From positions 95,413-159,412 of the IMG/VR virus record IMGVR_UViG_3300025728_000008: a stretch of DNA of 64,000 nucleotides, one strand, 5' to 3'. This stretch comes from a virus. The position numbers were made by a program, and so were the translations under genes. The notes under the pieces are model-generated. The model was not told the DNA's origin. It saw only the letters and a list, made by a program, of their open reading frames with translations, and searched no databases. Numbering within the stretch: the first letter of the stretch is position 1; each line of letters opens with the position of its first letter. Shown one piece after another: positions 1-10,900 of the stretch.

Positions 1-609
1 TTCAGTTCTGAATATCCAGACATCAAAGAGATGGATTCTAGGGTTGTAGAAGTAGAGCGTATGGGTACTCTACGAGAAATAATCTTTATGCCTAATCAGA
101 GCTTAGAGACAGGCACTTATATTAAATTCGATGGAGATACTTGGCTTTTATTCGACAAGTACGGTGGTACAGGTTCTACTAGCGTGAAGATGTTAGCTCA
201 GAAATGTAATCGTAAGTTGAAATGGAAAGACAAGGAAGGTAAGCTCCACGAATGGGATTGTATTGCAGGGTCTACTGATTTAGGGTCTAAAGCAAAGCAA
301 AACCGAACAGAGATTGAATGGAACAAGTACGATGTACGACTTCCAATTGGTCAACTGTTTGTATTCGTTGAAGCAAATGCAGATACAAAGAAAATTCAAT
401 TGAATCAGAGATTCATATTTGGAGACAATGCTTTTGAAGTAATTGGTAGAGATGATGTAACAGGTATTACAAAAACAGGTTATGGAGTCATCCAATTAGT
501 AATTAAAATTGACACAAAAAGATTGGTTGAAGATGACTTTGAAAATGGCATTGCATTTAACGATTATAAAGAAACAGGCACAGGTGGAACAGGAGGTAGT
601 CCTTGGTAA
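1..609 (+). CDS. Virion structural protein (head-tail joining region), 5' partial
   Basis: Frame is open from base 1 into the 31..609 ORF; lies upstream of tail genes; stop overlaps next ATG (TAATG). Confidence 0.6.
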   Translation, partial: FSSEYPDIKEMDSRVVEVERMGTLREIIFMPNQSLETGTYIKFDGDTWLLFDKYGGTGSTSVKMLAQKCNRKLKWKDKEGKLHEWDCIAGSTDLGSKAKQNRTEIEWNKYDVRLPIGQLFVFVEANADTKKIQLNQRFIFGDNAFEVIGRDDVTGITKTGYGVIQLVIKIDTKRLVEDDFENGIAFNDYKETGTGGTGGSPW

Positions 610-1103
610 TGAAAATAGATACGCTTTCAAATAATGTTGTAAGAATTATGACTGCAATTTCACAGAATGAAGGAATTAGAAGAATGTTATTACATGATGT
701 ATCAGACCCATTTAATCCATCGTTACCAGATGTAGATTATATGACTATCATCAATCCTGCTCACGAAAAGTGCAAAATTAAACCTTATCCATTTGACACA
801 GATGCACAAGTTGCAAACGGTTCTTTTATTCGTGTTTATTACAATGATGGAAGATTTGATAAGAGTGAAACGATTTTAGAATCGACATTCCATATTGACA
901 TTATTGTAGCAAAAGAACTTTGGCTAATCAAAGGTGGAAAGATTCGTCCATATGAAATTATGGATAGAATCATAGACATGATTGGTGCAAGAGCTGTTGG
1001 TACAGGAATCAAATTGAATATTGATGGATTCGCACATATGGCGGTCAATACAAAATTTGATGCAATTAGGCTTTATAGCGAATATATGTCGGTAGAAGCA
1101 TAA
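609..1103 (+). CDS. Putative tail completion/terminator-type structural protein
   Basis: ORF coupled to neighbours by TAATG overlaps; size and position before the major tail protein. Confidence 0.5.
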   Translation: MKIDTLSNNVVRIMTAISQNEGIRRMLLHDVSDPFNPSLPDVDYMTIINPAHEKCKIKPYPFDTDAQVANGSFIRVYYNDGRFDKSETILESTFHIDIIVAKELWLIKGGKIRPYEIMDRIIDMIGARAVGTGIKLNIDGFAHMAVNTKFDAIRLYSEYMSVEA

Positions 1104-1951
1104 TGCAGTACAGAGATTTACGCAGTATTGATTTGAAATTAAAACTGCTCGGTGGAAAAGGGATAAAGGTAGATAATTTAGATATAACTCCATACACTCT
1201 AGGTGAAATTAGAGATATGGGTTACACATATTATATGAATCAACTGCAATGGTTATTGCCAACTGTAGACGATTTTATAAAATCAACAGAAGATATTGAA
1301 AAGAAAATGGTTTTAATGACTGAAAGAAATAAGCTGAAATCATTTGATTTTTTCTCGACTCTAGGTGGCAGAGAACTTAAAGAAGTTGCTATCACAGCAC
1401 TCTCAACTGTTTTTAAGACTAGTGACATTTATTTTTTAGATGCACAAGGAATGATAGTTTTTGACTTTTTCAAACTTGGAATTTTCTATAAAGATGAAGA
1501 TGGTCGCTTTCAAATTGATAGCGAAAAGCTTGACAAACTCCCAGAAGAAAATTTACGAGTTATTCATAGAGATAATTTCGATGAAGTGATTCAAGTAATG
1601 AAATTACAAAATGGAATAGCTAAAGTCAATAAAGAAGACATAGAGAATCCTGCTGATGAAGAAACTAGAAAGTTAATGGAACAAATGAAAGAGAACAGAG
1701 AAAAGGTTAATAGAATGAAAAGCTTGGAACAGCCAGATGGCGATGATTCGATAGATATAGCGGACATCATTAGTGCTGTTAGTAGTAAGAGCAATTCAAT
1801 TAACAAATTCAATATCTGGGATTTAACTTTATATCAACTGTATGATGAGTACGGAAGATTGGAGTTAATCGACAACTACGATGTCAGTGTCAGAGCAATC
1901 ATGGCAGGGGCAGAAAAAGTAGAATTAAATCATTGGTCTGGTAAGATATAA
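1103..1951 (+). CDS. Hypothetical morphogenesis protein
   Basis: 282-aa ORF in the structural operon; no recognised motif. Confidence 0.55.
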   Translation: MQYRDLRSIDLKLKLLGGKGIKVDNLDITPYTLGEIRDMGYTYYMNQLQWLLPTVDDFIKSTEDIEKKMVLMTERNKLKSFDFFSTLGGRELKEVAITALSTVFKTSDIYFLDAQGMIVFDFFKLGIFYKDEDGRFQIDSEKLDKLPEENLRVIHRDNFDEVIQVMKLQNGIAKVNKEDIENPADEETRKLMEQMKENREKVNRMKSLEQPDGDDSIDIADIISAVSSKSNSINKFNIWDLTLYQLYDEYGRLELIDNYDVSVRAIMAGAEKVELNHWSGKI

Positions 1952-1999
1952 ACTTACTTGATACATAGAATTTTTCAAAATTATTAGGAGGAAAATATA

Positions 2000-2746
2000 A
2001 TGGCAAATACTCGTTATGGCTTAAAAGAGGTTGCAAACGTTATCTTCTTTGACGTTGCAACAAACAAACCAGTTTTATTCTTTGATACTTTAAAGGTGTC
2101 ATCTATCGAAAACGAATCTGAAAGTGCAGAAGCTCGTGGTGGACAAGGTAACGGACGTTTAATGACTTGGGACTTTGGACGTACAGCTACTTTAACTTTA
2201 CAAGATGCTTTACTATCAGACGTATCACTTAGCTTACTTGCAGGTAATGCAGTAAAGACAACTGGAATTGAGGTAGTAGGTCGTGAGACTCTAGTAGCTG
2301 AAACAGTTTCAACTAAGGTTCAAGTAACACTTGCAGAAACTCCAAAAGGTGGAGCACCAAAAATCTCTGCTTACAAAATGGATAAAGGTGTTATGGGTGA
2401 AGAAATCACTGGATTCACTTTGAATGCTAGTTCTTTAGAGTTCGCTACAGGCGTAACAGCAGGTCAATCAGTAATGGTATTCTACGTATACGATGCACCA
2501 GTAGGAGCAACATCTGTAACATTCTCTGGTTCTAAATTCCCTGCTACATACCGTGTTGTAGGTGACACAGTAGTACGTGGACAAGATGGTGTAGACCGCA
2601 AAATGCAATTCGTAATTCCAAAAGCGAAATTACAATCAACATTCAACTTAACAATGGATGCAGAAAACGTTTCAACATTCGACTTTACATTAGATGTATT
2701 AGTAGATGCAGAAACAAACGACTTATATCAGATTATCCGTCTGTAA
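2000..2746 (+). CDS. Major tail (tube) protein
   Basis: Strong RBS AGGAGG; beta-rich sequence; followed by an intrinsic terminator; upstream of chaperone and tape measure genes. Confidence 0.7.
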   Translation: MANTRYGLKEVANVIFFDVATNKPVLFFDTLKVSSIENESESAEARGGQGNGRLMTWDFGRTATLTLQDALLSDVSLSLLAGNAVKTTGIEVVGRETLVAETVSTKVQVTLAETPKGGAPKISAYKMDKGVMGEEITGFTLNASSLEFATGVTAGQSVMVFYVYDAPVGATSVTFSGSKFPATYRVVGDTVVRGQDGVDRKMQFVIPKAKLQSTFNLTMDAENVSTFDFTLDVLVDAETNDLYQIIRL

Positions 2747-2758
2747 TAGGTAATAATA

Positions 2759-2800
2759 AGGGTAGAGAACATAACATTATGTCTCTACCCTATTTTTTTT
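2759..2800 (+). terminator. Rho-independent terminator after major tail gene
   Basis: AGGGTAGAGA...TCTCTACCCT stem followed by T8. Confidence 0.85.
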
Positions 2801-2814
2801 GAAATAATCTAATG

Positions 2815-2834
2815 GATAAAATTGAAATTTTATC
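2815..2834. promoter_or_regulatory. Palindromic operator candidate, copy 1
   Basis: GATAAAAT-TGAA-ATTTTATC, perfect 8-bp arms, overlapping the -35 of the 2822 promoter; related copies at 33549, 44492, 56503. Confidence 0.55.
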
Positions 2835-2850
2835 AAGTTTGTGTTATAAT
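2822..2850 (+). promoter_or_regulatory. sigmaA-type promoter
   Basis: TTGAAA-17 bp-TATAAT with extended TG. Confidence 0.7.
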
Positions 2851-2918
2851 AGTATTATAGCATAAGACTGTTCAATCAGTCAAGAATAAAAAATAATGGT
2901 ATAAAAGGGGAACTTAAA

Positions 2919-3437
2919 GTGGCTAAAGAGAACAAAATTAAAAGTCTTACTCTTGCTGAAATGAAGAAGCAGGAAAAAATCTTAAAGGAACAAAAAGAAG
3001 AATTGATTACAGTAAATGATACAGTTTACAAAGTAAAGATTGATACTCATTTCTTACCAACAAAGCGTAATCAAGTACTTGATGATTTAATTAAATTTTT
3101 CGATGAAGGGAATAGAAATGTAGAATTAACTTCAATCGCAACACCTTACACATCTTTACTATTAATAAAACATTTCACAGACATCTATATTCCAGATGAC
3201 ATTGAAGAAGCATTAGACTACTTATATCTTTTAATGAATATCAAAGTATTAGCTCCAGTTATTAATGCAATGCCAGAAGAAGAAGTTGTTGATTTATATA
3301 ATTCATTAACAGAAACTTTAGGTCAAATTTCAGATAATATGATGAAATCAATTGGAGAAGCGGATGAAATTTTAAATAAGATTGAAAATCCAGAAGTTAA
3401 AGAATTGATGCAAAATGGCTTCAAAGCAAAAGAGTAG
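2919..3437 (+). CDS. Putative tail assembly chaperone
   Basis: Helical 172-aa ORF between major tail and tape measure genes; RBS AGGGG. Confidence 0.5.
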   Translation: MAKENKIKSLTLAEMKKQEKILKEQKEELITVNDTVYKVKIDTHFLPTKRNQVLDDLIKFFDEGNRNVELTSIATPYTSLLLIKHFTDIYIPDDIEEALDYLYLLMNIKVLAPVINAMPEEEVVDLYNSLTETLGQISDNMMKSIGEADEILNKIENPEVKELMQNGFKAKE

Positions 3438-3918
3438 TGCTTTATATTTTAAAACAGATGCAGAAGCAATTATGGTACTAACGAAGGAAGGGAAGAAAAT
3501 AGAAAGGATAGCTAAACGAGTTTGGCAAAGCTATCTTGGAAGTTATTCTCCTAGAATGTATAAAAGAACAGGAAAGTCTCTACAAGCTATAAAACTTAAA
3601 GGTATCAAGAATCATGGTGGTGGCATGTATAGTATAGAACTTACATGGGAAAATAGTTTAGCATATCATGATTCTTATATCTATAAACAAGGATATACAT
3701 CGACTAACCAAAAAGGTCACGCTATAATGCTTATTGGTACTAGATGGCATTCAAAAAAATTAGAAGCTGTATATCGCAAACAGATTTATAGACATACATA
3801 TTGGGCTTGGAATGGTAGCGGTGGCAATTATTTAGATGCAGTTGTTAATCAATATAAAGCTGTTGCAGATAAAAGAATCAATGTGGAAGTACAGTGGAGT
3901 GGAGCATTTATTAAGTAG
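3415..3918 (+). CDS. Hypothetical tail-region protein
   Basis: 167-aa basic ORF overlapping the upstream gene. Confidence 0.5.
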   Translation: MASKQKSSALYFKTDAEAIMVLTKEGKKIERIAKRVWQSYLGSYSPRMYKRTGKSLQAIKLKGIKNHGGGMYSIELTWENSLAYHDSYIYKQGYTSTNQKGHAIMLIGTRWHSKKLEAVYRKQIYRHTYWAWNGSGGNYLDAVVNQYKAVADKRINVEVQWSGAFIK

Positions 3919-3927
3919 GTGATTGAA

Positions 3928-4911
3928 ATGAAACAGAAAAAGATAGAAGAAGTATCTCAAGATTTTTGGGATAATGAAGTAGATGAAGACAATAAAGAAT
4001 TAATAGAAGACTTCTTAGGGCAAGAACAATTATCTCCTGCAACTAGGAAACAATACACATCTGCATTAAAGATTTTTGCAAAATGGATACATGACAATTA
4101 TAAAAAAGGCAAAAAGATTACAGATTTAAAACCTCGTGATGCACGTAAATATCAAGACTTTTTATTACGTGAAGGATTGAGTCCGAATGCTGTAAAATTT
4201 AAACGTTCTGCTGTTTCTAGTTTGTGTATCTTTATAGAAGGATATTATGATGATGAGTATCCAGATTTTAGAAATATATTTACAAAAGCAGTTAAAGGCG
4301 TAGCAAAAGCGAATGTCAGAAAGAAAGTTCCATTAACTAGTGCAGAATTAAATAAATTAAAAGAAGAATTAAAAAAGAAAAAAGAATGGCAAAAATTAGC
4401 ATATCTATTATTCTCTTTTGATACAGGATGTCGAAGAGAAGAAGCAAGACAATTGCTAAAAGAAGTTGCTAAATATAGTCACTTTGTTGATTCAGAAGGA
4501 AAGACAAAGAAGTACTATATGACACATGATATAAGAGCTAAAGGTGGAGGTACTGTCGGTAAAGTCAGAACTTTCGCATTTAATGATGAAACAATGGAAG
4601 CAATTAAAAAATGGGTAGAAACTCGTGGAGAAGATAATTGTCCATATGTATTCGTAAGTAAGACAAAAGACGGTTATCGTCAACTTTCAGCAAATTCATT
4701 TAACTTATGGTGCGATGAGTTTTCTGAAATATTAGGGAAGAAAGTACATCCTCACTTATTACGTTCGAGTCGGGCAACGATTGCGATTGTAGAAGAAGGA
4801 AAAAGTATAGAATCAGTACAAGGATTATTAGGACATAACAGTAGTGAAACTACACAAATTTATGTTGTTAGAGATAAATCTTCTGACATAGATGAGTTAT
4901 ACGAAGACTAA
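3928..4911 (+). CDS. Tyrosine recombinase (XerC/D-integrase family)
   Basis: N-terminal SAM-like region (LSPATRKQY); catalytic R (TGCRREE), HxxR (HLLR), LGH and Y (TQIY) all present. Confidence 0.9.
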   Translation: MKQKKIEEVSQDFWDNEVDEDNKELIEDFLGQEQLSPATRKQYTSALKIFAKWIHDNYKKGKKITDLKPRDARKYQDFLLREGLSPNAVKFKRSAVSSLCIFIEGYYDDEYPDFRNIFTKAVKGVAKANVRKKVPLTSAELNKLKEELKKKKEWQKLAYLLFSFDTGCRREEARQLLKEVAKYSHFVDSEGKTKKYYMTHDIRAKGGGTVGKVRTFAFNDETMEAIKKWVETRGEDNCPYVFVSKTKDGYRQLSANSFNLWCDEFSEILGKKVHPHLLRSSRATIAIVEEGKSIESVQGLLGHNSSETTQIYVVRDKSSDIDELYED

Positions 4912-4942
4912 GAAGATTGAGGTAACATCTTAATCTTCTTAG
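4908..4942. repeat. Inverted repeat (14-bp arms, 7-bp spacer) at the recombinase stop
   Basis: CTAAGAAGATTGAG-GTAACAT-CTTAATCTTCTTAG, one arm mismatch. Confidence 0.75.
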
Positions 4943-4998
4943 ATTAGGATGATTAGGATGTTACGATACATCCTTTAGAATTAAAGGAGTGAATTAAT

Positions 4999-7900
4999 TT
5001 GGCAGGAAGTAATGATTTAAATATATCACTAAAAGCCCAAGTTGTAAAGTTAAAGGTAGAATTAGATGCAAAGGGTAGTAAGCTACCACAACAAGTAAAC
5101 AATATCTCTAAGATGTTGTCAAATAATCCTGTTAAACTTAAAGTTAAGCTTGAAGCTAAATTAGGTGATTTAACTAAACAAATGAAATCTATTAGTACAT
5201 CTTTACAGTCTAAACCTATGAAGATGAAAGTAGAACTTGATGTTGCAGGTTCGGCTACTCACATCAAAAAACAAATGCAAGACATTTATAAAACTGTTGA
5301 TGACTTCAATAAGAAATATGGCGCTCAAGTCAAAAAGATGAATCAACAAATCAACCAAGCTTCTAAGTCTCAAGGTAAAGCGCAATCAAATATTTCAACA
5401 AATGCTCCTATCGGGAACTTTAATAATATTAAGCAATACACAGACCAGATTAAAAAAGCTCAAGCTATTTTAAATGGCAAGTTTGGTGACGGTATTTTCA
5501 AAGCTACACAATTCAAAGATGCTAAAGGTAATCTTACAGGATTCGTAGCAGAGTTACAAAAAGCAACAGGTGTTATTGAAAAACTTAAATATTCTTGGAA
5601 TAGTAAGAGTCAAGCATTTGAAGTTATTAATAGACAAACTATTGATAATACAAATAAAGGTGCTCAACAAATTCAAAACACTTTAAAACAATTAAAGAAT
5701 GAAATTAACAATCTTGGTAAAGGTACAGACAAGTCATCTTTATTCAATGATTTAAGCAAAATCAAAAAAGCATTATCAGAAGACGGTGGAAGAAACTTCA
5801 CTAAACAAATGGTTACAGATTTACAGAGTGCTATCAAAGCTGAACAACAATTAGCACAATCTGCAAAAGCAAGAAATGTAGCATTAGCACAAGAAGCGAA
5901 ATTAGTAGCTGACCTAAAGAGACTAAGAGGAACTGCTTTAACTGCTACTAAAAAGCAAGATACTGATTTTAAGAATGAGTTTAGTAAACTTATCCAACAA
6001 GCTAATAAAGTTTCAAAAACAGAAGACCCTGCAAAAGCAGTAAAAGATATTCGTCTTGCATCACAAGCTTTAGTTAATGACCAAAACAAGGTAATTGCTA
6101 AAGAAAGAGAAACACAAGCAGTATTAAAAGAAACTATCAAGTTAAGACAACAACTTAAAGAAGTTTTACGTTCAATGCCAAGTGATGATGCTAGTAATAA
6201 ATTAAAACGTCAAATGGTTACAGAAGCTATCACTGCTACACAACAAATCAAGACATACGAACAACTAGCAAATGCAAAGAAAAACCTTCAAAATATCTCT
6301 AATAAACAATGGATGGATAATGACCAAAATAGAGCTAAGTCTCTAATCGAAAGTTTAAAATCTGTACAGAGACAATTTGAAGCTATAGGTAAAACACCTG
6401 CAAAACTAACACAATTTATGGGAGTTATTGACCAAAGAGCTACACAAAAACTAAGTCAAAACACTCAAGATATCCGTAATGCATTGACTACATATCAAAG
6501 AATGTTAGCAGATGAAAATCGCAAAATTAAAGCAAGAGAAAAAGAGATTCGTCTAGGGCAAGATATCACTGCTAAATTTGGTGGAGGAGACTCAGCTAAA
6601 TTTAAGAATATGCAACAGCAAATCTTTGGCGATGGTACATTGACTTCAAGAGCAATCAAAGACTTGCAGAATTATATCGGAACTGTTGAAAGAGCTAAAG
6701 TAGCATCCATCTCATTTGGTCGTGATGGTATTGACCAGATGGGTAATAGAGTTAAGCAAATGTCTGTTATGTTCCAAGGTCAAGGAGAGCATGTACGTAA
6801 AGTAACATATGCAATGACAGAAGGTTCAAACAGGATACGACAAACATCAGACGAAATGGTTCGTAACCTTAACCGTAACTTGAGTGCATGGGAAAAATTC
6901 AAAGTAATGATGTCGTCAGCTCCAGTATGGATGATTTCACAACAAGCTATGATGGCTCCAATTCAAGGTCTTCAAGGTATGGTACAAGAAATCTTAAAAG
7001 TTGACCAAGCGTTAACAGAATTAAGAAGGGTAGCAAGCCCAACTCAAAACATTGATATCTTATTCGGAAATGCAGTTGAAATGTCTGGTAAGCTTGGTAA
7101 TAATATCCATGATATTATGAAGGGTATGAATGAGTTCGCTCGTACATTCGGAGATTTCAATGAACGCCAATTAACAGCTATTACAGAGACAGCAACATTA
7201 ATGTCTAACGTATCTGATTTATCAGTTGAAGAATCTCAAAAATCTCTAGTAGGTACAATGAATGCATTTAACATTGAAGCAGAAGATTCTATCAGAATCG
7301 TAGATGCACTGAACGAAGTAGATAACAACTATGCTATTAGTACAAAACAATTAGCAGAAGGTCTACAAAAATCTGCATCAGCAGGTAAAACATTCGGTGT
7401 AGGACTTGAAGAAAACATTGGTCATATTACTGCAATTGGAGCAGTAACAATGGAGTCTGGTAACATCATTGGTAACTCATTAAAAACAATTTATTCTCGT
7501 ATGACAACAATGAAAGATTCAGAAGCAACATTACGTAGTGTTGGAATTGCAATGAATACAATTGGAGAAAATGGAGTTAAAAACGTTAAGCCAGTAGCTA
7601 ACATCATTGATGAACTAGGTAAAAAGTGGTTCTTATTAAGTGATGCAGAACGTCAAAATATTGCTGTTAAATTAGCAGGAAGACATCAGTTAACTCGTTT
7701 CCTTGCTATGATGAACAACTATGATATGGCTGTAAAAGCAACAGCTACAGCATATAAATCTCAAGGTTCAGCAATGCGAGAAAATGAGAAATACATGCAA
7801 TCATTTGAATCTAAAATCAATAAGCTTAAAAATGGATTTACGGAAATGTCATTGGCTATGGGTAAAGCATTCCTAAGTGGTGGAATGGAAATGGCTATTT

Positions 7901-10900
7901 CTGGATTAGCAGGAATTGCTAAAGGAGTTACAACTGTAACACAGTCATTTGGTGCATTGTCTACTATCGGTTTAGTTATTGGTGCAGTAATGACTAAGAT
8001 GGGTGCTTTCAGCAATATGTTTGGACGAATTGGCGCAACAGTTGGTGTATTCAAACAGGGTATGCGTGAAGTAACTGTAGCATCTAATGGAACTGCAACT
8101 GCAATGGAGAAGTTCAAAGGTGGTATGAATGGAGTTATCACAACATCAACAGGTGGAGCAACTGCATTCGGTGCAATGAGTAAAGCTGTAAAAGGATTTG
8201 CTCTTTCTTTAGGTAGTATGTTAGGAATGGGTGCAATATTCTTTGCAATCGGTGCAGGAGTAGAATATTTAATTGGCAAATACCAAAAAGCAAAACAAGA
8301 ACAACAAGAGCTTCAAAAACGTATTAATGACCAAGTTCAAGCATATCGCAAGAGTTCAGATGGACTTGAAGGATTAATCAAACAATATGAAGCATTTGAA
8401 AAAGCAGGAGACAGTATCAAGAAAGGTACTAGAGAATATGACGAGTTTATGATTGTACAATCTAAACTTGCTCAAGCAATGCCAAATATGGTTAGAGAGA
8501 TTGACGCACAAGGTCAAGCTCATATGAGAACATCAAAAGAACTTAGAGAACATGTTAAGAACACAAAAGAACTTTCTGAACTTCAAGCAAAAGCTACTAA
8601 CTCAGCATTTAAAAAGAACATAGAAGATGAAGCTAAAGCATTATCGAAACTAGTAGAAGAAGAGAAGAAAATCAAAAAAGAACGTGATGAATACAAGAAA
8701 GGCGCAGTAGACTGGAAAGCAGGTACAGGCGAGTCAGAAGAAGATAGACTTAAAAAGACAGAACAGTACAACATGAAAATTGCTCAATGGAATCAAAAAG
8801 TATATGAACAAACACAAAAATCGACAAAACTAATTCAAGACCAAGCACGTGCTTATCTTGAAGCAGAAGGATACATGTCAAAACTTGGTGCAGGTGCTCA
8901 AGGTGTTGTAGATACATTCGCTAAAATGAATAGTGATTCAATACAAGCTCTTGTTAAAAAAGGTGCTCCACAAAAAGAAATCCAAGCTATGATGAGTAGT
9001 ATTACTAGAGATAGTCAAGAAGTCGGAAAAGTTTGGGCAGGAGCATTTGACAAAATGGCTCAAGGTATTAACAGAGGAACAGTAGAAGGTCAACGTGCCA
9101 TTGATAAAATCAAAGCTGACTTAGGTTCTATCGGGAAAGCCATTCCAGAAGATTTATTTAAACTTGATAAAAATAACAGCATAGATGACGTTAAACGTAA
9201 CCTAGAAGGATTAATTGATATCGGTCAAAAGGTTAAATCTGCCAATGGTGGAACATGGCAATCATTAGCTCAAGAAGCTCAGAAGTATGGATTAAGTGCA
9301 AGAGATGCAGAACAGTTTGTAACAAAACTTGGAACACAATCTCAAAACGCAGAAATCAAAGCTAAAGCTTTAGAAAATTCTGCTAATGGTATCGGGACAG
9401 CAATGGATGCAGGAACAGAAGGAATCAACGGACAAACAGACGCTCTTAAAGATTACGAAGAAGCTATCCTTGGTGCGATTGATGCACAGAAAGAATTGTT
9501 CGGATATAAGAACGAAGAACTAGGACAAATGAAAGGTCACTTAGAAGCAATGAAAACTGCTCAATTGCTATATGGTGAAAACGCAAAAGGAACTCAACTA
9601 TGGGCTGAATCTGGCGAAAAGCTATCTCAATTCTTAGGAATTTCCAAAGAACAGGTAACTGGAAACGTTGATGGATTATTAGAAACAGTTAAAATTATGG
9701 GAGACCTTGGAATTAAGTACGATGAAAACGGTCAAGCTGTTCTAAATTGGGGAGATGCAACAGAAGGTCAAATTTCTAAGTTTAAAGAAAATGTTCAAAA
9801 GATGGGCTTAGATGTTGATTTCTTAACAGGAAAAACAAGAGAAGCAGGTCGTGGTATCAAAGAAACAGGAGATGCTACAGGTCAAGCAGGAGCTTTATTT
9901 AATGAAGCAGGTCAACGTGTAAACCAAGCAGGACAATTAATCAACGAAGCAGGTCAAAGAATTGACTCAGCAGGAAACATTATTAATGAAGCAGGGGACA
10001 AAGTTTCTCAAGGTGGCGAGAAAATGGGTCAAGCAGGTGAAAAGGTTCAACCTTTCATCGACAAGATTCAAGAACTTGCTGATAAATCTGGTAAATCTGG
10101 ACAAGAAATTGTTGAAGGATTACAGAAAGTAAACCTTGCAGACTTTAGCCAAGTCCAAGCTAAAGGTAATGAACTAGGTCTAACAATGGATACAGTAGTA
10201 GAATATGCGAAAAAGGCAGGAGCTATTACTCCAGAGGAAATGGCAAAAATCGGAAACTCTGGTGAGAAATTAACATTATTAGAACAAAAAATGAAAGACT
10301 TAGGTTTCGATGAATTTACTGGTAAGTCTAGTGAAACAGCAGGTAAAGTCGAAGGTGACATGAACAGAATCGGTAATGCAGGGCAACCATTATCATTACT
10401 AGAACAAAAAATGAAAGATTTAGGCTTTGATGAAGCATCTAATAAATCAAGTGAAACCGCTACAAAAGTAGAAGGAGATATGAACAGAATCGCCAACTCT
10501 GGAGCACCATTATCAATCCTTGAAACAAAAATGAGAAACCTTGGTTTCGATGAGATGACTAGCGAATCTGAACAGGCTAAAGTTAAATTCTCTGGAGACA
10601 TGACTGCAATTGGTCAGTCTGGAAACTTATTAAATCCTTTAGGTCAAGCAACAGGTCAAGTAGGTCAAAAACTTATTGACATGAACACAGAGGTAGGTAG
10701 AACATCTAGTGGATTCCAAAATGGCATGGCTCAAATTGGTAACTCTGGTGGAAGTCTAGCTCCATTAAAAGAAAACGTTGCACAACTAGGAACTGCAATG
10801 AGCGAAACAAAAGGTACTGTAGAAACAAATGTTAGTGGAATTAATACTTCATTCTCAACATTAGGACAAGGATTAGATACAGGAGCAGGAAGATGGAAAA

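Noticed and set aside
3400-3440. Programmed -1 frameshift between tail chaperone ORFs
   Set aside because: The downstream ORF is in the +1 frame and has its own ATG; no clear XXXYYYZ slippery heptamer was seen
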